NCBI GenBank assembly: GCA_964291265.2
Contig: OZ219747.1
Coordinates: 3,616,001 to 3,680,000 of the forward strand
DNA length: 64,000 bases
Direction of reading: 5' to 3'
DNA from: Alphaproteobacteria bacterium
GTDB lineage: Bacteria; Pseudomonadota; Alphaproteobacteria; SP197
Part shown: in pieces, positions 9,923 through 18,994 of the stretch
Numbering within the stretch: position 1 is the stretch's first letter
Layout of the letters: each line of letters begins with the position of its first letter
Program-made: the position numbers and the translations under genes
Notes under the pieces: model-generated
Told to the model about the DNA's origin: nothing
Database searches by the model: none
The model's input: only the letters and a program-made list of their open reading frames with translations

Positions 9923-10282
9923 TCACGCCGCGAGGAGATTGTCGATCTCGCCGATGATGCTGTTGAGATGGAACCGCGGGAGCAGGCATGCCTCGTCGAG
10001 AGCCGGAAAAGCTCCCTGGCGCAAGGCCAGGACACCGAATCCGTCCAGAAAGAGGATGCGCAGGCCCGGGATGGTTGCCACCGCACGCCTGGCCAGTTCC
10101 GGTCCATCGATGTCATTCATCCTCGCCTCGGCGATGAGAATCCTGAAGGCTCCCGGCACAAGCCACGCGATCGCTTCGCGTCCGTTCGCCATCGGCAAGA
10201 CAACATGTCCCTGTCTCAACAGCCGCTTTGCCAGATATCCCCGAAGCACATCGTCCGACGCAACCAGGAGAATGCGTGCCAT
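9923..10282 (-). CDS. cpdR: Single-domain receiver protein, CpdR-like but degenerate
   Basis: MARILL...YLAKRL...DGPELARRA...GF..LAL...FHLNSIIGEIDNLLAA; divergently adjacent to N-formylglutamate amidohydrolase, the usual cpdR context. Confidence 0.7.
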   Translation of the reverse strand: MARILLVASDDVLRGYLAKRLLRQGHVVLPMANGREAIAWLVPGAFRILIAEARMNDIDGPELARRAVATIPGLRILFLDGFGVLALRQGAFPALDEACLLPRFHLNSIIGEIDNLLAA

Positions 10283-10381
10283 CGGCCCTACGTCCGCTCG
10301 CACCGATTGTCCAGACAACCCGGCACACCGACTCTCCACTCGATGCGTGACATCGACATGCGCCTAATCTAAACCGGTCGC

Positions 10382-11296
10382 GTGACACGCGCAAACGATA
10401 ATGACGGGTTGGAGATCCTCGAGGTCACCCACCCCGACCACCGGACCCTGCCGGTCCTGGTCTCGTCGCCACACAGCGGCCGAAACTACGATCCAACCTT
10501 TCTCGGGATGACACGTCTCGACAGCCAGACGATCCGCCGCTCCGAGGATGCTCTCGTCGACCGCCTCATAGCCGGCGTCCCGGCACTCGGCGCTCCTACC
10601 ATAGCGGCGCTCTTTCCCCGCGCCTGGATCGATGTCAACCGCGAGCCGGGCGAGCTTGATTGCACCATGTTCGAGGGACGGTTGAACGCCTCGCCTGGCC
10701 ACAACAGTCCGCGCGTCAGGGCGGGGCTGGGAGTCATCCCGCGCGTCGTTACCGGCGGCGCGGAAATCTACCGATCGAGGCTGCCGGCGATGGAAGCACA
10801 ACGCCGCATTGCCGGCTTCTACACTCCCTATCACGCCGCACTCGAACGGCTGATCGACGAAACCCGTCGGCTGTTTGGCGCCACCTGTCTGATCGACTGT
10901 CATTCCATGCCGTCGGCCAACCCTGCCTGCGGCCGCGAGTCCGTCGATATCGTGCTCGGTGACCGGTTCGGCACGTCGTGCGCCCCGGCGGTTTCGCGCG
11001 CCGCAACGGAAGCCCTCGAGGCACAGGGGGCGATGGTTCGCCGCAACACTCCCTATCCTGGCGGCCATATCACGAGGCGCCATGGAAGGCCGGACCTCGG
11101 CATGCACGCCATACAGATCGAGGTTGACCGGCGACTCTATCTCGATGAGACGACCTTCGAGCCGACCGCGGGATTCAGAGCCACGGCGCGCCTCCTCGAG
11201 ACCGCGATCCTGGCGATCGCGCAGGTGGTCCAGGGTCTGGTGCAGCCTGTCACGAACGTGGAGCGCACGTTGACGGACGCCGGCAGGAAAGCATGA
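10382..11296 (+). CDS. N-formylglutamate amidohydrolase family protein
   Basis: SSPHSG, SEDALVD, RAWIDVNRE, YTPYHAAL, IDCHSMPS, NTPYPGGHIT, IQIEVDRRLY. Confidence 0.92.
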   Translation: MTRANDNDGLEILEVTHPDHRTLPVLVSSPHSGRNYDPTFLGMTRLDSQTIRRSEDALVDRLIAGVPALGAPTIAALFPRAWIDVNREPGELDCTMFEGRLNASPGHNSPRVRAGLGVIPRVVTGGAEIYRSRLPAMEAQRRIAGFYTPYHAALERLIDETRRLFGATCLIDCHSMPSANPACGRESVDIVLGDRFGTSCAPAVSRAATEALEAQGAMVRRNTPYPGGHITRRHGRPDLGMHAIQIEVDRRLYLDETTFEPTAGFRATARLLETAILAIAQVVQGLVQPVTNVERTLTDAGRKA

Positions 11297-11328
11297 TTGC
11301 CAGCGGCCGGCCGACGAGGAGGATCAAC

Positions 11329-13356
11329 ATGACGGTTGACGACATCACGGTGGTGACGGACTTCCCCCATCAGGTCGAACTCATCGAGAATGCATGGATT
11401 CCACTGTCGAACGGCATCCGGCTGGCCGCACGCATCTGGTTGCCTGAGGACGCACGCGACAATCCGGTTCCGGCCATTCTCGAGTACCTTCCCTACCGCA
11501 AGCGGGACGGCACCCGTGACCGCGACGAACTGACCCATCCCTGGTATGCCGGTCACGGCTACGCAGCCGTGCGGGTGGATATTCGGGGTTCCGGGGAGTC
11601 GGAGGGTGTTCTCGAGGACGAATACCTGAAGCAGGAACAGGACGACGCCCTCGAAGTCCTTGCCTGGATCGCCTCGCAGGACTGGTGCACCGGTGCCTGC
11701 GGCATGATCGGAATCTCCTGGGGTGGGTTCAATGGGCTGCAGATCGCTGCCCGGCGGCCACCGGAACTCAAGGCCATCGTCACCATTGCCTCGACGGATG
11801 ATCGCTACAGCGACGACATCCACTACATGGGCGGAGTCATGACCAATGACTCGATGTCCTGGGCCTCCACCATGTTCGGCATGAACACGCGCCCGCCCGA
11901 TCCGGCCCTGGTCGACAACTGGCGTGAACTGTGGATGGCCCGGCTCGAGGCGAACGATCCATGGCTCATCAAGTGGTTGCACCACCAGCGCCGCGACGCC
12001 TTGTGGAAGCACGGATCCGTCATCGAGAACCACGCCAACATCGAAGCAGCCGTCTATGCCGTCGGCGGCTGGGCCGACGGCTACTCGAACGCCGTGCCGC
12101 GCATGCTGGCAGGCCTGACATGCCCAAGGAAGGGTCTGGTCGGCCCCTGGGCGCACAAGTACCCGCACTTTGCCAATCCCGGGCCGCGCATCGGTTTCCT
12201 CCAGGAGACCCTTCGCTGGTGGGACCGCTGGCTCAAGGACATCGACAACGGAATCATGGACGAACCCATGTACAGGGTGTGGATGCAGCACAGCCATCCA
12301 CCTGCCACCTGGAGCGGCCATCGTGAGGGACGCTGGGTGGCCGAACCCGGCTGGCCCTCCCCGTCCATCGAGAACGTGGCCTTCGAGTGTTCTGCCCACG
12401 GCCGTCTGGAACGCGATGGCAAACCGACATCGCCCGTCATCATCCGCACGCCGCTCACCATGGGTCAGGACCAGGGAGAATGGTGCCAGTACGGACTGGA
12501 TCACGATGCGCCGGGCGATCAACGCGCAGAGGACGGCTGTTCAATCGTCTTCGAAACCGGTCCTCTCGGCGAACCTCTGGGAATCCTCGGCGCGCCCGTC
12601 GCCGAGCTCGATGTCTCCGCCGACCGGCCATGCGCCTTCATTGTTGCCAGGCTGTGTGATGTCGCCCCCGACGGCGCATCGACGCGGGTGACCTACGGGG
12701 TGCTCAACCTCACCCACCGTGACAGCCATGAGCATCCGGAGCCCCTCGAGCCCGGAACGGTCTACCGCGTGCGGGTGCAGCTCAACGACATGGCCCAGGA
12801 GTTTGCTGTCGGCCATCGCATCCGCCTGGCGCTTTCCAACTCCCTGTGGCCCTTGTTGTGGCCTTCTCCCGAACCGGTCTCGCTCACGCTGCACCGCGGC
12901 ACCCTTCATCTGCCACGGCGCCGGCATCGTGCCGACGACGAGTCGCTGCGGGTGTTTCCACCCTCCCAGAGTGCGCAACCGTGGAAGACAGAAGTGATCG
13001 AACCACCGTCCGGCCGGCGATGGACGTCTCGTGAGGCGACCGGAGAGGTGCGCTCCTCGGTGCTGCGTGATGGCGGGCTCGTCCGTGATCCGGCCACTGA
13101 CTGGACTTTCGGCGCCCGGTGCGAGCAGCATTTCGACATCACCGAAGACGACCCCGCGTCCGCCCGCATCACCATCACCTGGACGTGGCGGCAATGGCGC
13201 GAATCAGCCGGCTTCGATGTCAGCACGACAACGCGCTCGAGCCTCACGTGCACCCGGGATGACTGGGTGTTCGAGGCCGACTGCGAGGCTTTCGAAAATG
13301 GCCGCAGGGTGTGGGCGCGAAGCTGGAATGAGACCATTCCCCGTGACCTCAACTGA
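11329..13356 (+). CDS. CocE/NonD family (peptidase S15) hydrolase
   Basis: AILEYLPYRK, VDIRGSGESEG, GISWGG nucleophile motif, GGWADGY, GPWAHKYP. Confidence 0.93.
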   Translation: MTVDDITVVTDFPHQVELIENAWIPLSNGIRLAARIWLPEDARDNPVPAILEYLPYRKRDGTRDRDELTHPWYAGHGYAAVRVDIRGSGESEGVLEDEYLKQEQDDALEVLAWIASQDWCTGACGMIGISWGGFNGLQIAARRPPELKAIVTIASTDDRYSDDIHYMGGVMTNDSMSWASTMFGMNTRPPDPALVDNWRELWMARLEANDPWLIKWLHHQRRDALWKHGSVIENHANIEAAVYAVGGWADGYSNAVPRMLAGLTCPRKGLVGPWAHKYPHFANPGPRIGFLQETLRWWDRWLKDIDNGIMDEPMYRVWMQHSHPPATWSGHREGRWVAEPGWPSPSIENVAFECSAHGRLERDGKPTSPVIIRTPLTMGQDQGEWCQYGLDHDAPGDQRAEDGCSIVFETGPLGEPLGILGAPVAELDVSADRPCAFIVARLCDVAPDGASTRVTYGVLNLTHRDSHEHPEPLEPGTVYRVRVQLNDMAQEFAVGHRIRLALSNSLWPLLWPSPEPVSLTLHRGTLHLPRRRHRADDESLRVFPPSQSAQPWKTEVIEPPSGRRWTSREATGEVRSSVLRDGGLVRDPATDWTFGARCEQHFDITEDDPASARITITWTWRQWRESAGFDVSTTTRSSLTCTRDDWVFEADCEAFENGRRVWARSWNETIPRDLN

Positions 13357-13425
13357 GCGTCGGGCCATGGAGGCAGACGACAGGACGGTTGACTTGCCGG
13401 CCGATCCATAGCCCGATAGCAGACC

Positions 13426-14370
13426 ATGCTGTTCTATACCGTCAAGCGCCTCGGCCTTGCCATCCTCATCGTCTGCCTGGCGATGCTGATGCTGTTGTCG
13501 GCCATCCACCTCGTCCCGGGAGACCCCGCCGGTATCGCTTTGGGACCCCGGGCCACGCCGGAGATGCGGGCCGAGTTCCGTGCCCTCATGGGAATGGATC
13601 AGCCGTTCTTCGTGCAGTACTTCAGGTTCATCGGCAACGTCGTCACCGGCGATCTGGGTGTCGACGTGTGGTCGCGGCGCCCGGTCAGCACCATGATCGG
13701 TGAGCAGTTGCCTCACACCATCGACCTTGCCATCGCCGGACTGGGCTGGGCCATCGTGCTGGGCATTCCGATGGGGTGTTACTCGGCGGTTCACCGCAAT
13801 AGCGTCCTCGACAAGCTGACCGGTGTGCTGTCGGTGGGCTGCATCGCCATCCCCTCGTTCATCGTCGGTCTCTATGCGCTCCTCCTCTTCGCCGTCGAAC
13901 TGAAGATCTTTCCGGCGATCGGCGCCGGTGACGCCGGCGACATCAAGGACCAGCTTGTCCACCTCGTGCTGCCGGGGCTGGCCGTCGGACTGGGCTGGGT
14001 CGGCTACCTGGCGCGGTTCGTCCGCACCTCGATGCTGGAAGTCATGGGCGAGAACCACATCAGGATGGCGCGGGCCTACGGTCTCTCGAACCGGCGCATT
14101 ACCTATGTCTATGCCCTCAAGCTGGCCATTCTGCCCACCGTTGCCCTTCTCGGCGTCGGGGTGGGCAGCCTCATTTCGGGAGCCGTCTTCGCGGAGATCA
14201 TTTTCGCGCGTCCGGGAATCGGCAAGATGGTCGTGGACGCAGTCAACACCCGGAACTACCCGATTGTCATGGGCGGCGTTCTCGTCACGACCATGCTCTT
14301 TGCCCTGTCGACACTGATCTCGGATCTCGTCGCCGCCTGGCTTGACCCGCGGATCCGCCAGGGCCTCTAG
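13426..14370 (+). CDS. Peptide/nickel ABC transporter permease (DppB-like)
   Basis: PGDPA, RTSMLEV...ARAYGL, AEIIFARPGIG, LDPRIR. Confidence 0.93.
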   Translation: MLFYTVKRLGLAILIVCLAMLMLLSAIHLVPGDPAGIALGPRATPEMRAEFRALMGMDQPFFVQYFRFIGNVVTGDLGVDVWSRRPVSTMIGEQLPHTIDLAIAGLGWAIVLGIPMGCYSAVHRNSVLDKLTGVLSVGCIAIPSFIVGLYALLLFAVELKIFPAIGAGDAGDIKDQLVHLVLPGLAVGLGWVGYLARFVRTSMLEVMGENHIRMARAYGLSNRRITYVYALKLAILPTVALLGVGVGSLISGAVFAEIIFARPGIGKMVVDAVNTRNYPIVMGGVLVTTMLFALSTLISDLVAAWLDPRIRQGL

Positions 14371-15252
14371 ATGGCCGGCACCGTCTCCAGCGACGTCGCA
14401 ATTCGCCGGGAACCTCGATTCGCCTGGTTCCGCCAGCTCCTGCGCGACCCCCTGGGCTGCCTTGGCCTGGTGCTGGTGCTTCTCATCATCCTTTCGGCGG
14501 TCGGCGCGGACATCATCGCGCCCCACGACTACAAGGCGCTCGACGTCAAGTCCAGGCTCGCCGGCCCGTCGTGGGACCATCTCCTGGGCACCGACAACCT
14601 GGGCCGCGATACCTTCAGCCGCATCCTCCACGGCGGTCAGATTGCCCTCTACGTGGCGCTGGTTTCGGTCGGTTCGTCGCTCCTGCTCGGACTGGTGCTC
14701 GGCATGCTTGCCGGATACGGTCCGTCGTGGCTCGACAACATCCTGATGTGGTTTTTCGATTCGGTGCGCGCCTTTCCCGTCATCATGTTCGCGCTGGCCG
14801 TGATCACCGTGGTGGGGCCGAGCCTGGAGACCATCATCTTCGTTGTCATCGTCACCACGACTCCTGGCTATGCCCGCATTGCCAGGGCATCGACCCTGGC
14901 GACCAAGAACACGGAGTTCATTCTTGCCGAACGGGCCCTCGGCGCCAGTGTGCCACGCATCATGTTTTCCCACCTCGTACCCAACATCGTGCAGCCCCTG
15001 CTCATCCTCTGCAGCATGGACATCCCGGTGGTCATCACCATCGAGGCCGGCCTCTCCTTCCTCGGTCTTGGCGTCAAGCCGCCGACGCCGTCCTGGGGTT
15101 CGATTCTCAACGACGGATACGGATTCATCCGCAACACGCCCTGGCTCGTCATCGCCGGCGGGATCCCGCTCATCATCACCACTCTTGGATTCACCTTCCT
15201 CGGCGAGGCGCTTCGAGACGTTCTCGACCCCAAGCTCAAGAAGGACCGATGA
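14371..15252 (+). CDS. Peptide/nickel ABC transporter permease (DppC-like)
   Basis: HLLGTDNLGRD, EAGLSFLGLG, PSWG, GEALRDVLDP. Confidence 0.93.
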   Translation: MAGTVSSDVAIRREPRFAWFRQLLRDPLGCLGLVLVLLIILSAVGADIIAPHDYKALDVKSRLAGPSWDHLLGTDNLGRDTFSRILHGGQIALYVALVSVGSSLLLGLVLGMLAGYGPSWLDNILMWFFDSVRAFPVIMFALAVITVVGPSLETIIFVVIVTTTPGYARIARASTLATKNTEFILAERALGASVPRIMFSHLVPNIVQPLLILCSMDIPVVITIEAGLSFLGLGVKPPTPSWGSILNDGYGFIRNTPWLVIAGGIPLIITTLGFTFLGEALRDVLDPKLKKDR

Positions 15253-16232
15253 CCGACCGCGATAACACGGTTCTGAAAGTGCGCGACCTCTGCGTCGACT
15301 TCCTCACGGGCCGCGGGACGGTGCGCGCCCTGCGCCATGTCGATCTGACGGTACCCGACAACAAGATCGTCGGAATCGTCGGCGAGTCGGGCTGCGGCAA
15401 GTCGACCCTGATCAACAGTGTTCTGCGCTTGCTGGCTGCCAATGCGGTGGTGGCGGAGTCGTCCTCCGTGATCTTCAAGGGGCGCGATGTTCTCACCATG
15501 AGTTCGGCGGACCTGCGCGGTATCCGCGGCAGGGAGATCTCCATGGTGTTCCAGGATCCCATGACGGCTCTCAACCCGGTGATCTCCATCGGCACCCAGA
15601 TGACCGACATTCTCTACCGACTCGACATGTCCAAGGCCGACAAGCGCCGCCTCGCCACCGACTTGCTGGGCCAGGTCGGCATTCCCGATCCGGCACGGCG
15701 CCTTGCCGACTATCCGCACCAGTTCTCCGGCGGCATGCGCCAGAGGATCTGCATCGCCATGGCGCTGATGATGAATCCGGGCCTGCTCATCGCCGACGAG
15801 CCGACGACCGCCCTCGATGTCACCCTTGAAGCGCAGATCATTCATCTGATGAAGGACCTGTGCGCCCGATTCGACTGTTCCATGCTGTTCGTCTCGCACA
15901 ATCTCGGCCTGATTGCCGAACTGTGCGACGAAGTGGTGGTCATGTATGCCGGAGAGGTCGTCGAACAGGGAGATGTCCACGACCTCTTTCACCGGGCGCA
16001 GCACCCCTATACGCGCATGCTGCTCGACTGTGATCCGGCGCGCATCGCGGAGAAGCGCCGCGACCTGCCGACCATTTCCGGCAGTGTGCCGGACCTGATC
16101 GACCTGCCACAGGGCTGCATCTTCGCTCCACGTTGTCCGGAACGCTACGCGCCCTGTTCCGATTCCGCGCCGGCGACCTACGACGTCAACGCCGTGCACC
16201 AGGCCCGGTGTTTCCAGGTGCGTGATGCCTGA
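15249..16232 (+). CDS. Peptide ABC transporter ATP-binding protein (DppD-like)
   Basis: C-terminal part of track ORF 14571..16232: [32 protein letters not shown]. Confidence 0.93.
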   Translation: MTDRDNTVLKVRDLCVDFLTGRGTVRALRHVDLTVPDNKIVGIVGESGCGKSTLINSVLRLLAANAVVAESSSVIFKGRDVLTMSSADLRGIRGREISMVFQDPMTALNPVISIGTQMTDILYRLDMSKADKRRLATDLLGQVGIPDPARRLADYPHQFSGGMRQRICIAMALMMNPGLLIADEPTTALDVTLEAQIIHLMKDLCARFDCSMLFVSHNLGLIAELCDEVVVMYAGEVVEQGDVHDLFHRAQHPYTRMLLDCDPARIAEKRRDLPTISGSVPDLIDLPQGCIFAPRCPERYAPCSDSAPATYDVNAVHQARCFQVRDA

Positions 16233-17238
16233 ATTGCTCGAAGTCGAGGGACTGCGCGTCCGATTCCGCACCGCCGGTCCCGTCAAGTCGCTCATCCAGA
16301 GGCTGACCGATCCCCATATCGATGCCGTGATGCAGGTCTCCTTCACCCTGAACGAGGGAGAGACCTTCGGACTGGTCGGTGAATCGGGTTCGGGAAAGAC
16401 CACCCTGGGACGCGCCGTGATCGGCCTCGTGGAGATGGCCGAAGGCAGCATCACCTTCAACGGAACCGAATTGCGCGGCCTTGACGACTCCCGCCTCAGG
16501 GCCATCAGACGGCATGTGGCGATGATGTTCCAGGATCCCGTGGCCAGCCTGTCGCCCCGCAAGACTGTCCGCAGTCTCATCACCGAACCCTTCCACATCC
16601 ACCGCATTCCGGGGCGCCAGAGCGCCCGCGACGCAAGGAGGCTGCTCGACCTGGTGGGTCTCCACGAAGGGTTCCTGGGAGTCTATCCCCACCAGCTGTC
16701 GGGAGGGCAGGCGCGCCGCGTCGGAGTGGCGCGGGCATTGGCCCTGGAGCCGCGCCTGATCATTGCCGACGAGCCGACGGCCGGACTCGATGTCTCCGTC
16801 CAGGGCGAGATTCTCAACCTGATGAACCGCCTTCAGCGCGAACTCGGTCTCTCCTATCTCATCATCACCCACAACCTCCCGGTGGTGCGCCATGTCAGCG
16901 ACCGCCTTGCCATCATGTACCTGGGGCGATTTGTCGAGACAGGAGACACCGACGGGATCTTCGCCAGTCCGGCTCATCCCTATACCCTGGGCCTGCTCGC
17001 GGCCGTGCCGGAGCCCGACCCCGACAAGCGCCGCGACAAGCTGGAGCTCGAAGGGGAGATTCCATCCCTGATGAATCGCCCCCCGGGCTGCGAATTCCAC
17101 ACCCGCTGCCCCTTCGTCCGGGAGAAGTGCCGTTCAGAGGCTCCCGTGCTGCAGAAGGTGGCGCCGGGAAGGATGGCGAGCTGTCACTTCCCCTTTCCGA
17201 ATCCGGCTGAGGCTGGTACATCCGGCGCCGGGGGGTGA
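16225..17238 (+). CDS. Peptide ABC transporter ATP-binding protein (DppF-like)
   Basis: GESGSGKT, YPHQLSGGQ, DEPTAGLDVS, PPGCEFHTRCP. Confidence 0.93.
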   Translation: MPELLEVEGLRVRFRTAGPVKSLIQRLTDPHIDAVMQVSFTLNEGETFGLVGESGSGKTTLGRAVIGLVEMAEGSITFNGTELRGLDDSRLRAIRRHVAMMFQDPVASLSPRKTVRSLITEPFHIHRIPGRQSARDARRLLDLVGLHEGFLGVYPHQLSGGQARRVGVARALALEPRLIIADEPTAGLDVSVQGEILNLMNRLQRELGLSYLIITHNLPVVRHVSDRLAIMYLGRFVETGDTDGIFASPAHPYTLGLLAAVPEPDPDKRRDKLELEGEIPSLMNRPPGCEFHTRCPFVREKCRSEAPVLQKVAPGRMASCHFPFPNPAEAGTSGAGG

Positions 17239-17296
17239 CACCCGACGTGTCATTCGGCATGGTTCGCCCCCCCTTCCAGGGAATGCAACAGGTTTG

Positions 17297-18994
17297 ATGA
17301 TGGATCGAAGCGGTACCGCTTTCCGGTCGCCGGGAGCAAGAATGAGGCGGTCGCGCGCAACCGCAAGGGGGCGCCAGGCCGATCCGCAGGCGGCGGCCGA
17401 GGTCGCGGCGCTTCTCGGCGATGCGCCGCCGAGGCGCGATCTCCTGATCGAGTACCTCCATCTCATCCAGGATCGCTACCGTCACATCTCCCACCGTCAC
17501 CTGAAGGCCCTTGCCGACGCCCTCGCCATCCCCATGGCGGAGGCCTTCGAGGTTGCGACGTTCTATCACCACTTCGACGTTGTCAGAGAAGGGGAACCTC
17601 CGCCGCCGCCCATCACCGTCCGGGTGTGCGAGAGCTTGTCCTGCGCCATGGCCGGCGCCGACGATCTCTGCCACGACCTCTCCGACACGCTCGGGTCCGA
17701 TGTCCGGGTGGTGCGGGTACCCTGCATGGGACGGTGCGCCGCCGCTCCCGCTGTCAAGGCGGGGCTGAACGACATCGACCATGCCGATGCCGCCCGTGTC
17801 AGGGCGGCGGTCGAGACCGGAGACCTCGAGGCAAGGGTACCGGACTGCCAGGACCTCGACACCTATCTTGCCGAGGGCGGCTACGCCATGTTGCGGGAAG
17901 TCCTTGCCGGCAGGTACACCCCTGACGATCTCATCGCCACCATGGAGTCGGCGTCACTTCGTGGTCTGGGCGGCGCCGGTTTCCCGGCTGGAAGGAAGTG
18001 GCGCTTCGTGCGCATGGAGACCGGACCGAGACTGATGGCCGTGAACGCCGACGAAGGCGAGGTCGGCACCTTCAAGGACCGCCACTATCTCGAGACCGAA
18101 CCTCACCGCATCATCGAGGGTACGCTCATCGCCGCCTGGGTGGTCGAGGCGACCGACGTTTATCTCTACCTGCGCGACGAGTATCCGGGGATCCGCGTGG
18201 CCCTGACGCGTGAACTGGCGCGTCTCGCCGACGCCGGGCTGGAGGGGGCGGCGCGGATTCACCTGCGCCGCGGCGCCGGCGCCTATATCTGCGGCGAGGA
18301 ATCGGCGATGATCGAGTCCATCGAAGGCAAGCGCGGTCTGCCGCGCCACCGGCCACCCTTTGTCGCCAAGGTCGGCATCTTCGACAGGCCGACGCTCGTC
18401 CACAATGTCGAGACCCTCTACTGGGTGCCGGCGATCCTGTCGAACGGCGCCGACTGGTTCGCCGGTCACGGACGTCACGGACGCAGCGGCCTGCGCAGCT
18501 TTTCCGTCTCCGGTCGAGTCGCGAATCCCGGTGTCAAGCTCGCACCGGCCGGTATCACGGTGCGTGAACTGATCGACGAATACTGCGGCGGCATGGCAGA
18601 GGGCCACCGGTTCAAGGGCTGGCTGCCCGGTGGCGCCTCGGGCGGCATCCTGCCTGCCTCGCTGGGTGACGTGCCGCTCGATTTCGACACCATCCAGCCC
18701 CACGGCGGTTTCATCGGCTCGGCGGCCATCGTGATCCTGTCCGATCAGGACGACATGTCGGATGTGGCTGTCAGCCTCCTGAAGTTTTTCGAGGACGAAA
18801 GCTGCGGCCAGTGCACGCCATGCCGCGTCGGTTGCGAGAAGGCGGTGGCCCTGATGGCGGGCGGCGCCTGGAATGCCCCACTCCTCGAGGATCTTTGCCA
18901 GGTGATGGCGGACGCTTCGATCTGCGGGTTGGGTCAGGCCGCACCCAACCCGATCCTGACTGTCCTCAAGTACTTTCCGGAGGATGTGACGTGA
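17297..18994 (+). CDS. NAD-dependent formate dehydrogenase flavoprotein subunit (NuoE-NuoF fusion)
   Basis: FEVATFY...CESLSC...CMGRC 2Fe-2S region; LRGLGGAGFP, NADEGE, GAGAYICGEE, ESCGQCTPCR. Confidence 0.92.
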   Translation: MMDRSGTAFRSPGARMRRSRATARGRQADPQAAAEVAALLGDAPPRRDLLIEYLHLIQDRYRHISHRHLKALADALAIPMAEAFEVATFYHHFDVVREGEPPPPPITVRVCESLSCAMAGADDLCHDLSDTLGSDVRVVRVPCMGRCAAAPAVKAGLNDIDHADAARVRAAVETGDLEARVPDCQDLDTYLAEGGYAMLREVLAGRYTPDDLIATMESASLRGLGGAGFPAGRKWRFVRMETGPRLMAVNADEGEVGTFKDRHYLETEPHRIIEGTLIAAWVVEATDVYLYLRDEYPGIRVALTRELARLADAGLEGAARIHLRRGAGAYICGEESAMIESIEGKRGLPRHRPPFVAKVGIFDRPTLVHNVETLYWVPAILSNGADWFAGHGRHGRSGLRSFSVSGRVANPGVKLAPAGITVRELIDEYCGGMAEGHRFKGWLPGGASGGILPASLGDVPLDFDTIQPHGGFIGSAAIVILSDQDDMSDVAVSLLKFFEDESCGQCTPCRVGCEKAVALMAGGAWNAPLLEDLCQVMADASICGLGQAAPNPILTVLKYFPEDVT

